This document shows, piece by piece, positions 1 to 9,671 of a stretch of 64,000 nt of DNA. Within the stretch, counting starts at the first letter, position 1, and each line of letters opens with the position of its first letter. The position numbers and the translations under genes were made by a program. The notes under the pieces are model-generated. The model had not been told where the DNA came from. It worked only from the letters and a program-made list of their open reading frames with translations, and did no database searches. This DNA comes from Acidobacteriota bacterium (lineage in GTDB: Bacteria; Acidobacteriota; Terriglobia; Terriglobales; Acidobacteriaceae): contig JAJZDM010000004.1 in the NCBI GenBank assembly GCA_021806005.1, positions 948 through 64,947 on the forward strand. The letters run 5' to 3'.

Positions 1-605
1 GAGTTGCCGAAGACGACGTTGGGGGCGTTTTCGCCCTCGGTGATGCCAACGCGGCGCAGGGCCTCGACTTTGTCCTCGTCGGTGGGAACGTGGACCAGGC
101 GGTCCGTGACGATGCCATTGTCGACTTCAACCCGGGCAGCCAGAACGTTGCGTGCGGGGATGTTGAAGCGGCGAACCCCCTCTTCAATGACCCAGTGATT
201 GGTTGAGCTGACGGCCCAGATCTCGCAATGACGGTGCTGAAGTTCCGAGATGAGGAGGGCCAGTTCGGGGAAGATGTAGGGCTCGATGTAGTCGCTGAAG
301 AAGTGAGCGGCGGCTTCACGGAGGATCTTCTCCGGCAGGCCGCGATAGACCTGGACCATCTCGCCGCAGATGTCATACTCGGAGACCGTGCCACGCTTGT
401 AGCCCTCGTAGCGATCTTGTAACCATGCGATCTGCCCGGGAGAGATGAGTTGGGTGTCGATGCTCCAGTGCATGAAGGCTGAGCCTGCATCCGGGGACCA
501 GAGTGTGCCATCGCAATCGAAGACGGCAATGGCGGGGTTCAGGGCGTGGACCCGGGCGTGAAACTCCGGAGTGGTGAGGCGGCGGGGAGTGATTCGGTCA
601 GACAA
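1..605 (-). CDS. HAD-superfamily hydrolase (subfamily IB, SerB-like); 3' end runs off the window
   Basis: Own minus-strand translation from TTG at 605: ...NPAIAVFDCDGTLWSPDAG... (DxDxT motif), ...EIWAVSSTNHWVIEEG..., open to the window edge. An in-frame stop at 654-656 limits upstream extension. Confidence 0.7.
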   Translation of the reverse strand, partial: MSDRITPRRLTTPEFHARVHALNPAIAVFDCDGTLWSPDAGSAFMHWSIDTQLISPGQIAWLQDRYEGYKRGTVSEYDICGEMVQVYRGLPEKILREAAAHFFSDYIEPYIFPELALLISELQHRHCEIWAVSSTNHWVIEEGVRRFNIPARNVLAARVEVDNGIVTDRLVHVPTDEDKVEALRRVGITEGENAPNVVFGN

Positions 606-979
606 GGAGCGACTCCGTGCGGGGTTTACTGCTGCATCAGAAAGACCGGCAGGTCAAAGCGATACGTCCGAAAGGGAGTTCGCCAGCCTGTTCTGACTTT
701 ATCAGGTACAGGGCAGAGCCAGAGCAACGGCGCCCGGGGCGATGGGTGTGCCCTGTGGCATTTTCGAGCAGCGCTGCGGCTATTTGAGGGACGGCCGCGG
801 CCTTTCTGGGAGACGCCGCGGTCGTTCTTGCGGAGATACCCGCCGGGAGGGCGTGAGGTCAGGAGCCACGTTTCGGCTTCTTCTCGATAGAAGCCGGCTG
901 CAGCGGTATGCTAACAAGGTGGAGACCGGGAAGGTCAGACCACGGAGACGGTGCGGCCGTCACGGTCAAGGTGAGGACG

Positions 980-2263
980 ATGAGTTTATTTTTTGCAGCA
1001 GGGTCGGCAGAGACGGAGTTGAGCGCAGCGGAGATTCGTGCGGGACTGCACGAGGGGTTGAACAAGCTGGGTGAACGGAAGAAGGTGATCGCGGTGCCGC
1101 CGGATTTTACCCGTTTTCACTCCCGGTCTGGCGAACTGACCGAGATGGCCTGGGAGTATTACGGCGATGCGATGACCGATGTTCTGCCCGCGCTGGGAAC
1201 ACATGTAGGGATGACCGATGCCCAGATTGACAAGATGTTTGGCAGGACTCCGCGCGGGTTGTTCCGTGTGCATGACTGGCGGAACGATATTGTGACCCTG
1301 GGAGAAGTACCAGGGGAGTTCATGCAGCAGGTGAGCGAGGGGAAGCTGGATTATTCCTGGCCGGCGCAGGTGAACAAACTGCTGCTGAAGAAAGAGGGCG
1401 GCCATGATCTGATCCTGTCGATTGGCCAGGTGGTGCCGCATGAGGTGGTGGGGATGGCCAATGGGAGCAAGAACATCTTTGTCGGCACCGGCGGAGTGAT
1501 GGGGATTCATCGCTCGCACTTTCTGGGAGCGGTCTATGGGATGGAGCGGATGATGGGGCGGGCGGATACTCCGGTGCGGAGGGTGCTGAACTATGCCAGT
1601 GAGCACTTTGGAGAGAAGATGCCGCAGATCGTGTATGTGCAGACGGTGGTGAACAAGAACGAGGCCGGCGAACTGGTGATGCGGGGGTTGTTTATCGGTG
1701 ATGATGCGGAGTGTTTTGAGCGGGCGGCGGCGTTGAGCCTGCAGTGCAACTTTCTGATGATGGACAGGGAGATCAAGAAGGCGGTGGTGCTGCTGGATCC
1801 GCATGAGTTTCACACCACATGGCTGGGCAACAAGAGCGTTTACCGGACGCGGATGGCGCTGGCCGATGATGCGGAGTTGATCGTGCTGGCCCCGGGGGTG
1901 CGGGAGTTCGGTGAGGACAGGACGATCGATGGGTTGATTCGGCGCTATGGGTACTGCGGGACGCCGGCGACGCTGGAGGCGGTGAAGAACGATCCGGAGC
2001 TGGCGGCCAACCTGAGCGCCGCGGCGCACCTGATCCATGGTTCAAGCGAGGGCCGGTTCACGATTCGCTACTGTCCGGGAGGGCTGACCCGGTCTGAGGT
2101 GGAGGGTGTGCACTTTGCCTATGGAGACCTGGCAGAGTACACGGCGAAGTATGATCCAGCCAGGCTGGTGGATGGGTGGAACGTAGTGGATGGGGAGGAG
2201 ATCTTTTATATCTCGAACCCGGCGCTTGGGTTGTGGGCCTATAAGGGACGTTTCAAGGACTGA
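980..2263 (+). CDS. LarA-like (DUF2088 / lactate-racemase N-terminal domain family) putative racemase/epimerase
   Basis: ORF 908-2263. Internal ATG at 980 is preceded by GTGAGGA. KKVIAVPPDFTRFHS...LPALGTHVGMT...FRVHDW... resembles the LarA_N signature. Confidence 0.6.
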   Translation: MSLFFAAGSAETELSAAEIRAGLHEGLNKLGERKKVIAVPPDFTRFHSRSGELTEMAWEYYGDAMTDVLPALGTHVGMTDAQIDKMFGRTPRGLFRVHDWRNDIVTLGEVPGEFMQQVSEGKLDYSWPAQVNKLLLKKEGGHDLILSIGQVVPHEVVGMANGSKNIFVGTGGVMGIHRSHFLGAVYGMERMMGRADTPVRRVLNYASEHFGEKMPQIVYVQTVVNKNEAGELVMRGLFIGDDAECFERAAALSLQCNFLMMDREIKKAVVLLDPHEFHTTWLGNKSVYRTRMALADDAELIVLAPGVREFGEDRTIDGLIRRYGYCGTPATLEAVKNDPELAANLSAAAHLIHGSSEGRFTIRYCPGGLTRSEVEGVHFAYGDLAEYTAKYDPARLVDGWNVVDGEEIFYISNPALGLWAYKGRFKD

Positions 2264-2386
2264 ACGGCCCTGCAGCCGAACCGGATATGAGGCACATCGG
2301 GGCATGATCTTTCGCACGCGGCTCTATTCTCCGGGAGGGCCGCAGCGAAGGCGTTGGGCTTACGGTAGAGGAACGCTGGTCTGGCT

Positions 2387-3973
2387 TTAGTGGGCTCCGG
2401 AGGGACCTCTACCGGGTTTGACGCGCTTGAAGAACCAGACCACGATGATGCAGGCGAAGCTGAGGAGCGATGTCCAGCGCAGGACATCGATGAAGGCCCA
2501 GTAGGTGGCCTGCTGGTAGAGCTGCTGATAGAGCGTGAGACGCGCGGCGTGGGCAGCATTGGCGGGGCCGAAGTAGGTGCTGAGAAAGTTTTTGGTGGCG
2601 TTCAGGGATTGTTCGAAGGCTGCGCCGGACTGCGGGATGTAGTTGGTGAGTTCGTTCTGGTGGGCTGCCGTTCGGCGGGTGAGCAGTGTGGTGGCGATCG
2701 AGATGCCGATGGAGCCACCGACGTTGCGCATGAGGTTGAAGAGTCCGCTGGCGTTGCCGATCTGCTCGTTGGAGAGCGTTCCGTAGGCCGCGGTGTTCAT
2801 GGGTACGAAGACGAAGCTGAGGCCGAAGCCGGTGATGAGAATGGGGAGGAAGAGCGTCATGGGAGAGATTCCCAGGGTGATGGAACCGAAGTAAAGGGTG
2901 GTGACGCCAAAGGTGATGAAGCCAAAGGTGAGCAGACGCCGGGCATCGACCTTGTTGGAGAGGTAGCCGATGACGGGCATGGCCAGGATGGCGCCGACGC
3001 CGCGGGGCGCCACGACCAGGCCGGCTGTGAAGGCGGTGTAACCGATGAGCTCCTGATAGAAGAGCGGGAGGACCACGATGGTGGAGTAGATGGCGATGCC
3101 GAAGAGGAAGATGAGGCTGAAGCCCACCAGGAAGTTGCGGTTCTTGAGGACACGCAGGTTGACCAGAGGGTGTTTGCCCCAGAACGACTGGTAGATGAAG
3201 ACGGCCAGGGCAACGAGCATGGCGGCGAAGGCCCAGCGGATCCAGACGGCGCCGAACCAGTCCGACTCCTGCCCTTTATCCAGAATGATCTGCAGACAGC
3301 CGACCCAGACGACCAGGGAGCCGAAGCCGAGATTGTCAAACCGGGAGACCTTGGCGTTGCGGATGTAGGACGGATCATGGATGTAGCGGTTGATCATGTA
3401 CAGGGCCAGGATGCCGACCGGGATGTTGATGTAGAACGCGTAGCGCCAGGAGTAGCTGTCTGTGAGCCAGCCGCCAAGGGTGGGCCCAAGGATGGGGGCG
3501 ACGACCACACCGAGGGCGAAGACGGCCATGGCCGCTCCGCGTTTGACGGGAGGGAAGCTTTCCAGCAGGACAGCCTGGGAGATTGGCTGCAGAGCGCCGC
3601 CGCCAGCGCCCTGGATGACCCGGAAGACGAGCAGCAGGGCCAGTGAGGGGGCGGCTCCGCAGGCGAAGCTGGCCAGGGTAAAGATGGCGACACAGGCCAT
3701 CAGGAAGTTCTTGCGTCCGAACTTGAGCGAAAGCCAGTTGGAGGCCGGCAGGACGATGGCGTTGGAGACCAGATAGCTGGTAAGAACCCAGGTGGCCTCG
3801 TCAGTGGAGGCTGACAGAGAGCCGGCGATGTAAGGCAGGGCGACCGATGCGATGGAAGTGTCCAGCACCTCCATGAAGGTGGCCAGCATGACGGCGGCGG
3901 CGATCCACCACGGGCTGAAGCCATGCGTTACTTCGCTCTGGATGTCTGGGCCTGGGGCGGTGGCAGTGGCCAT
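2387..3973 (-). CDS. MFS transporter, DHA2 (EmrB/QacA) drug-efflux subfamily
   Basis: 528 aa with ATG start. N-terminus WWIAAAVMLATFMEVLDTSIASVALPYIAGSL is typical of EmrB/QacA; about 14 hydrophobic segments. Confidence 0.85.
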   Translation of the reverse strand: MATATAPGPDIQSEVTHGFSPWWIAAAVMLATFMEVLDTSIASVALPYIAGSLSASTDEATWVLTSYLVSNAIVLPASNWLSLKFGRKNFLMACVAIFTLASFACGAAPSLALLLVFRVIQGAGGGALQPISQAVLLESFPPVKRGAAMAVFALGVVVAPILGPTLGGWLTDSYSWRYAFYINIPVGILALYMINRYIHDPSYIRNAKVSRFDNLGFGSLVVWVGCLQIILDKGQESDWFGAVWIRWAFAAMLVALAVFIYQSFWGKHPLVNLRVLKNRNFLVGFSLIFLFGIAIYSTIVVLPLFYQELIGYTAFTAGLVVAPRGVGAILAMPVIGYLSNKVDARRLLTFGFITFGVTTLYFGSITLGISPMTLFLPILITGFGLSFVFVPMNTAAYGTLSNEQIGNASGLFNLMRNVGGSIGISIATTLLTRRTAAHQNELTNYIPQSGAAFEQSLNATKNFLSTYFGPANAAHAARLTLYQQLYQQATYWAFIDVLRWTSLLSFACIIVVWFFKRVKPGRGPSGAH

Positions 3974-4136
3974 GCTGGGAGGAATCTCGACTCTCTGGCA
4001 GGAAGTCTGGGTAGTGTTGTTTCCGGCAGGGTAGACAGGTCGAAGGCTGGTATTGGAGCGCTACACCCGCTTTCGTTCCCAGGCGTTGGATGTTCGAGCA
4101 GGGGCTGAGGCGTTATTTTTTTACCCCGTGGCGGGT

Positions 4137-5456
4137 TCAGGGATGATGATGGCGCGAGCGATGGGTTTCAACCAGGGGTTCACCCCAGGGGAGGGAGGGG
4201 TTCAGAGGAAAGTATCGCTTGAGGGAGAGGATGGGCTGCTCGAAGAAGGTGAAGGAGAGCCAGGAGACGATGCAGGTGATCACGAAGGCAAAGAGAGCCC
4301 GGACGATGTGGTAGTCGTTGCCGGTGGTCTGGTGGGTGTAACGAGCGCCAAGGTTGTCAAAGAGTGGCTGGAGGAGGATGTGGTAGATGTAAAAGCCGTA
4401 GCTGATGCGGCCCATCCAGCCAAGCAGGGGATGCGAAAAGAGGGTGCGGGGAAGACCTGAGCGCAGGACGAGGGGGATGGTGGCCGCGGCGGCGATGCTG
4501 ATGGCGGGCAGGCCCAGCCAGAACTGGATTGGATCCGTGAGATACAGGCTTCCTGACAAGTAGCTTGTATAGAGATAGATAGCGACGCCGGCGAAGAACG
4601 CGGGAAGGGCATACATCCGGACCAGCCGATGCGTTCCTGGCTTGCGGCCGCTGGGGCTGAAGCGGCTGCCCATGGCCAGCGAGGTTGCGCAGCCCAGGGC
4701 GATGGCGCCGCTCTGGGTGAGAAGGAAGTAGTCGTAGAGATGGTGGGTTCGAGCCCCGGCAAAGGCCGCCAGGGTGTAGATGGAGACGAGAAAGAACACG
4801 GTAAGGGCGAAGAACCAGAGGCTGAGGCGGAGGGCGTGACGGCGGCTATGGGCGAAGAAGAGGATGAGAGGCCAGATGAGATAGAACTGTTCTTCCACGG
4901 CCAGGGTCCAGAAGTGATAGAGCGGAAGAGGGGAGGGGTTCTGGATGGCGTTGGCGGCCAGGTGAGGGAAGTTCTGGAGGAAGAAAACAAAGATGACAAA
5001 GGGCTTGAGCTGGGAGAGCGTGGCGCCATGAAGCAGAGCGGCGGCTACGGCTGCCAGCAAAGCGACGAAGTAGATGGGCAGGATGCGCAGGGCGCGGCGG
5101 GCATAAAAGTTGCGCAGGTGATGGCCCTGAGCGGCGCTCTCCCAGAGGCTGCCGGTGATGAGAAAGCCGGAGAGGGCGAAGAAGAGGACAACCCCCAGCC
5201 AGCCGGCCTGGGTGAGGAGGCCGAAGAGGCGAACGGCGGGCCTGGAGGACTGCAGTCCTCCACCGTAGTGAAAGAGGAAGACCATCAGGACGGCAAGGCC
5301 GCGGAGACCGTCCAGCGCGACGTCCCGCCGGGTCTTGGGAACGAGATGGACGGCCGAGGAAGCGGTGGCTGGGGATGGGGCGGCGCCGGGTGCAGCGCTT
5401 GGAGGGACAAGGGCGGCATCAGGGGTTGAATCGCGGATGATCTTATCCGAAGCCAT
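4137..5456 (-). CDS. Acyltransferase family 3 (OafA-like) integral membrane protein
   Basis: 439 aa. LDGLRGLAVLMVFLFHYGG motif and multiple TM segments. Confidence 0.8.
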   Translation of the reverse strand: MASDKIIRDSTPDAALVPPSAAPGAAPSPATASSAVHLVPKTRRDVALDGLRGLAVLMVFLFHYGGGLQSSRPAVRLFGLLTQAGWLGVVLFFALSGFLITGSLWESAAQGHHLRNFYARRALRILPIYFVALLAAVAAALLHGATLSQLKPFVIFVFFLQNFPHLAANAIQNPSPLPLYHFWTLAVEEQFYLIWPLILFFAHSRRHALRLSLWFFALTVFFLVSIYTLAAFAGARTHHLYDYFLLTQSGAIALGCATSLAMGSRFSPSGRKPGTHRLVRMYALPAFFAGVAIYLYTSYLSGSLYLTDPIQFWLGLPAISIAAAATIPLVLRSGLPRTLFSHPLLGWMGRISYGFYIYHILLQPLFDNLGARYTHQTTGNDYHIVRALFAFVITCIVSWLSFTFFEQPILSLKRYFPLNPSLPWGEPLVETHRSRHHHP

Positions 5457-5535
5457 TGGGCACAGCCTAGTAAGTTCAGGGGCTTACGTCAATGATAGGG
5501 GAAAGAGACAAGGGAAAGATGGTAGTTTCTGAGAG

Positions 5536-6810
5536 ATGCGGGAGATGGAAGAGATAGAGGATACCGGCGCGCCCGAGGCTCAGGATGAGGCGAAGGCGGC
5601 CGTCGAGGGCAAGGGTGCGGGGCAGGAGCGTCCGTGGTTGTTCGGGCTGCTGGGCGCTCCGGTAGCGGTGGTGGCCAACGGAGTGATTCAAGGTGGCGTG
5701 CTGGCCTTCCTGATGAGCCGACAGGGAATCCCGGAGCTGCGCGCGTCGCAGATCATCTCGATGCTGGCGCTGCCTACGACGATCTATTTTCTGTGGAGTC
5801 CGCTGACTGATTTTCTGGTGCGGCGGAGGACCTGGCTGCTGCTGGGCGCGGTGGCAGCGGCGCTGCTGATGACGCTGGCCCTTGAGCAGCGGCGGCTGGA
5901 TACGGGCAGCGCCGTGGTATTGATGTTCCTGAGCGCCTGCGCGGCGCAACTGGTAGTGTCCAGTTGCGGCGGGATGATGGGGGCGCTGCAGCAGGAGCGA
6001 TCCAAACGGATCGCCGGCGGATTTTACCAGGGGGGATCGCTGGGGTTTGGGGCAGCCTCGGTGCTGGTGCTGGTGATGCTCCGGGAGCATGGAGCGTTTA
6101 GGCTGATTCCGCTTGCGGCCGGCGGGATGATTGCTGTGCCCGCGCTGTTTGCTCTGGCAGCTCCGCGACAGGAGTTGTTGGTGGAGCAGGGCTTTGGACG
6201 CACGCTGCGCCGGATCTGGGAGGAGTTTCACGGAACGTTTCTGAACTGGAGGGCGGTGCCGTACATGGTGCTGATGCTCTCTCCGCTGGCGACCGGTGCA
6301 GCGGTGGGCCTGTTGACGGGTGTGGCGCGGGATTATGGCGTGAGCGGGCAGCAGGTGGCGTGGATGAATGGGCTGGGCGGAGCGTTGCTGATGGCTGCCG
6401 GTTCGCTGGCGGCGACGCTGATTCCGGCACGGATCCGGGCTTCTGTAGCGTACCTGACGGTGGCTCTGGTGAATGCTGCGACGCTGGCGGTGCTGTCCCT
6501 TGGTCCATTACGGCAAGATACTTATTATGTTGGAGTTGGGTTGTACCTCCTGACGGTGGGAATGGCCTATGCGATGTTCACGGCGGTGGTGCTGGAGTTT
6601 CTGGGTAGCTCCGGGAAGAGTGGGAGCGGCCGATACTCCATCATCAACTCGATGGGGAACGTGCCGGTGGTCTATATGATCGCGCTGGATGGGTGGGGCG
6701 GAAGCCGGTTTGGAGTGCGGGGCCTGGCGGGGACGGAGGCGGTGATGGGTGCGTTGGCGTCGCTGCTGCTGCTGGGGTACTTTCTGACGTTGGGGAGACG
6801 CCGCGCTTGA
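5536..6810 (+). CDS. AmpG-family MFS permease (muropeptide-transporter-like)
   Basis: 424 aa with ATG start. IYFLWSPLTDFLVRRRTWLL matches the AmpG FKFLWSPLMD...RRRGWLL signature; about 12 TM segments. Confidence 0.65.
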   Translation: MREMEEIEDTGAPEAQDEAKAAVEGKGAGQERPWLFGLLGAPVAVVANGVIQGGVLAFLMSRQGIPELRASQIISMLALPTTIYFLWSPLTDFLVRRRTWLLLGAVAAALLMTLALEQRRLDTGSAVVLMFLSACAAQLVVSSCGGMMGALQQERSKRIAGGFYQGGSLGFGAASVLVLVMLREHGAFRLIPLAAGGMIAVPALFALAAPRQELLVEQGFGRTLRRIWEEFHGTFLNWRAVPYMVLMLSPLATGAAVGLLTGVARDYGVSGQQVAWMNGLGGALLMAAGSLAATLIPARIRASVAYLTVALVNAATLAVLSLGPLRQDTYYVGVGLYLLTVGMAYAMFTAVVLEFLGSSGKSGSGRYSIINSMGNVPVVYMIALDGWGGSRFGVRGLAGTEAVMGALASLLLLGYFLTLGRRRA

Positions 6811-7057
6811 GAGACAGCGAAGCGACCGAGCGCCGGGTTGGGTTGGCATCGAAGGGCTGAGGCCGGGAGGCGGCGAAGCGTCGATTGCGGAGGCGCAAGG
6901 GCAGAGCGCCGGGGTTGGCCCAGGCGGTGGGGGCGTTCTGTGTCCGCGGGCTGGCTTTTGGGAGAAGTTCTGGTGAGGGATTGGGAGGGGGTCTTGAAGT
7001 GATGAAGATCGGGGTAGAGGGTCGGCATCCTCAGGGTTGGTTTCATCATCATATAAG

Positions 7058-7097
7058 TTGACAATAAGTCACTCACATGGGAAGCTGGTGTGAGTCA
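7058..7097 (+). promoter_or_regulatory. Candidate dnaK promoter -35 (TTGACA 7058-7063) followed by perfect 7-bp dyad ACTCACA-N11-TGTGAGT (7071-7077 / 7089-7095)
   Basis: Read directly from the sequence 40-80 nt upstream of the dnaK ATG. There is no convincing -10 (best is GAAGCT at 17-nt spacing). Confidence 0.3.
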
Positions 7098-7136
7098 GTT
7101 TAGATTTGGGCGGACCGCCTAAGGATGGACAGGGAT

Positions 7137-9044
7137 ATGGGAAAGATTATTGGAATTGATCTGGGAACGACGAATAGCTGTGTGGCGGTGATGGAGGGCG
7201 GGGAGCCCAAGGTGATTCCCAATGAGGAGGGTGGGCGGACGACGCCGTCCATCGTTGCATTCACCAAGAACGGAGAGCGGCTGGTGGGCATGGTTGCCAA
7301 GCGCCAGGCGATCACGAATCCGGAGAACACGATCTATTCGATCAAGCGCTTCATGGGTCGTCGGCTGAACGAGGTGAGCGACGAGATGAAGATGGTGCCC
7401 TACAAGGTGGTTGCCAAGGGCGACAATGTGGCGGTGGTGGCACAGGGCAAGGAGTATACGGCGCCGGAGGTATCGGCGATGATCCTGCAGAAGCTGAAGA
7501 AGGCCGCCGAGGACTATCTTGGCCAGTCTGTGACCGAGGCCGTGATCACGGTTCCGGCGTACTTCAACGACGCGCAGCGGCAAGCGACCAAAGATGCCGG
7601 CAAGATCGCCGGGCTGGATGTGAAGCGCATTGTGAACGAGCCCACGGCGGCGGCACTGGCCTACGGGTTGGACAAGAAGAAGGATGAGACGATCGCGGTC
7701 TACGACTTCGGTGGTGGAACCTTCGACATCTCGATTCTGGAGGTGGGCGACGGGGTGATCGAGGTGAAGTCGACCAACGGCGACACGCATCTGGGAGGCG
7801 ACAATCTGGACCAGCGGATTGTGGACTGGCTGATTGCGGAGTTCAAGACCGAGACGGGTCTGGACCTGACGGCCAAGGGCAACGAGATGGCGTTGCAGCG
7901 CCTGAAGGATGCGGCGGAGAGGGCGAAGATCGAGCTTTCGACGGCGCAGGAGACGGAGATCAATCTGCCGTTTGTGACGGCGGACGCCAGCGGACCGAAG
8001 CATCTGGTGCGCACGCTGAGCCGCGCGAAGCTGGAGCAGCTAGTGGCCGATCTTCTGGAGAAGTCGGTTGGGCCGTGCAAGCAGGCGATGAAGGATGCGG
8101 GCGTGGATGCCAGCAAGATTCAGGAGGTGGTGCTGGTGGGTGGCCAGACGCGCATGCCGGCCATCCAGGAGCTGGTGAAGAAGCTGTTTGGCAAGGAGCC
8201 CCACAAGGGCGTGAATCCGGATGAGGTGGTGGCGATTGGAGCGGCGGTGCAGGCGGGTGTGCTGGCCGGCGACGTCAAGGATCTGCTGCTGCTGGATGTG
8301 ACGCCGCTGACCCTGTCGATTGAGACTCTGGGCGGCGTGGCGACCAGCATGATTGCGCGCAACACGACGATTCCCACCAAGAAGACGGAGACCTTCTCAA
8401 CGGCGGCGGACAACCAGACCGAGGTCGAGGTCCACGTGATGCAGGGCGAGAGGCCGATGGCGGCGCAGAACCGGACGCTGGGCAAGTTCAAGCTGGGCGG
8501 CATCATGCCGGCTCCGCGGGGCGTGCCGCAGATCGAGGTGACCTTCGACATTGACGCCAACGGCATTCTGAACGTGCATGCCAAGGACAACGCCACGGGC
8601 AAAGATGCCAAGATCACCATCACCAGCTCTTCGGGCCTGAGCAAGGAAGAGGTGGAGCGCATGGCCAAGGATGCTGAGGCGCATGCTGCCGAGGACCGCG
8701 AGGCCAAGGAGAAGATCGAGGCGCGGAATCAACTGGACTCCATGGTCTACAACATCGAGAAGATGCTGAAAGAGAGTGGAGAGAAGGTTGCGGCTGCGGA
8801 CAAGGGTGAGGTGGAGTCTGCCTTGGCGGAGGCCAAGGGCGTACTCGGCGGTGATGCCGGCGCCTCCGAATTGAATGCGGCCAAGGAGAGGTTGACCGCG
8901 GCGAGCCACAAGCTGGCGGAGGCGGTGTACAAGGCCAATGCCGCCGCTCCTGGCGATGCTGCAGCAGAGCCCGCAGCAGCAGCGGAAGAGCCCAGGAAGG
9001 ACGAAGGCGTGATCGACGCGGAGTATGTCGATACGGAGAAGTAA
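7137..9044 (+). CDS. dnaK: Molecular chaperone DnaK (Hsp70)
   Basis: [22 protein letters not shown]...; full-length Hsp70. Start moved to the internal ATG at 7137 in ORF 7125-9044. Confidence 0.97.
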   Translation: MGKIIGIDLGTTNSCVAVMEGGEPKVIPNEEGGRTTPSIVAFTKNGERLVGMVAKRQAITNPENTIYSIKRFMGRRLNEVSDEMKMVPYKVVAKGDNVAVVAQGKEYTAPEVSAMILQKLKKAAEDYLGQSVTEAVITVPAYFNDAQRQATKDAGKIAGLDVKRIVNEPTAAALAYGLDKKKDETIAVYDFGGGTFDISILEVGDGVIEVKSTNGDTHLGGDNLDQRIVDWLIAEFKTETGLDLTAKGNEMALQRLKDAAERAKIELSTAQETEINLPFVTADASGPKHLVRTLSRAKLEQLVADLLEKSVGPCKQAMKDAGVDASKIQEVVLVGGQTRMPAIQELVKKLFGKEPHKGVNPDEVVAIGAAVQAGVLAGDVKDLLLLDVTPLTLSIETLGGVATSMIARNTTIPTKKTETFSTAADNQTEVEVHVMQGERPMAAQNRTLGKFKLGGIMPAPRGVPQIEVTFDIDANGILNVHAKDNATGKDAKITITSSSGLSKEEVERMAKDAEAHAAEDREAKEKIEARNQLDSMVYNIEKMLKESGEKVAAADKGEVESALAEAKGVLGGDAGASELNAAKERLTAASHKLAEAVYKANAAAPGDAAAEPAAAAEEPRKDEGVIDAEYVDTEK

Positions 9045-9075
9045 ACGGCGGAACGGATAGCGCGGAGCTGGATGC

Positions 9076-9108
9076 GATGAGGAGGGGTTCTTGTGGCTCC
9101 TCCTCATC
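9076..9108 (+). terminator. 10-bp perfect hairpin downstream of dnaK (GATGAGGAGG-N13-CCTCCTCATC); no U-tract on the + strand
   Basis: Arms at 9076-9085 and 9099-9108, followed by CTTAAAAAA. Confidence 0.35.
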
Positions 9109-9216
9109 CTTAAAAAACAGCCTCTTCCAGCAGAGATCCTTCAGGATGGGATTCGGCGGAGATCTCCGGCGCAACGATTGGCATGGCACGGTGTTCATCA
9201 GGAAGGAGGTGGCGAG

Positions 9217-9474
9217 ATGAGAGACGACAGACAGCAGGGTTCGGGAGATGAGCAGATACGGCCGGTGGAGGTGCGCTGGGATCTGGGTGATACGAGCGTG
9301 CGGGCCCAGGAGACGCTGTGGCGCTGTGATGCGCTGCGGGCGGGGCGGCTGTATCAGCGGAGTGTGTTTGCCTCCCGCAAGGAGGCCGAGGCGTTTGTGG
9401 CAAAGATGCAGCAGATGGAGCCGGACCAGATGTTCAACGTCGAGGCGATCAAGGCCAGCGCTGTGTGGAACTGA
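9217..9474 (+). CDS. Hypothetical 85-aa protein between dnaK and dnaJ
   Basis: ATG at 9217 is preceded by GGAAGGAGG with a 7-nt spacer, and third codon positions are G/C-rich. I recognise no family. Confidence 0.55.
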   Translation: MRDDRQQGSGDEQIRPVEVRWDLGDTSVRAQETLWRCDALRAGRLYQRSVFASRKEAEAFVAKMQQMEPDQMFNVEAIKASAVWN

Positions 9475-9671
9475 CCGGATGCGGCCGGGCGAGATCCATC
9501 GCAGGCGTTTGGATGGCCTGACGTAGTGCGTGACGGTGGATCTTGAAGAGCCGGGCCGTGGAGTTTGAAAGAGCGGGAGTGGCTGGAACCCGGCATCCGG
9601 TTGCGAGGCCGGCTGGCGAGAGCCCGGCGGCGTAGCGCCAGGACCGCAGCAGAATAGAGGGGACGCGCAAG

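Noticed and set aside
908-979. Upstream extension of the LarA-like ORF (MLTRWRPGRSDHGDG...)
   Set aside because: The internal ATG at 980 has a GAGGA-type SD and gives a homologous-looking N-terminus. The extension is Arg/Gly-rich and unlikely to be coding.
2390-3646. 418-aa plus-strand ORF rich in Gly/Asp/Glu
   Set aside because: It is antisense to the EmrB/QacA-type MFS transporter gene and has no domain signature.
6993-7020. CTTGAA string as a sigma-32 -35 box upstream of dnaK
   Set aside because: No CCCCAT-like -10 lies at 13-15 nt spacing (the sequence there is GGGGTAGAGG), and it is too far (about 140 nt) from the ATG to favour over the TTGACA at 7058.
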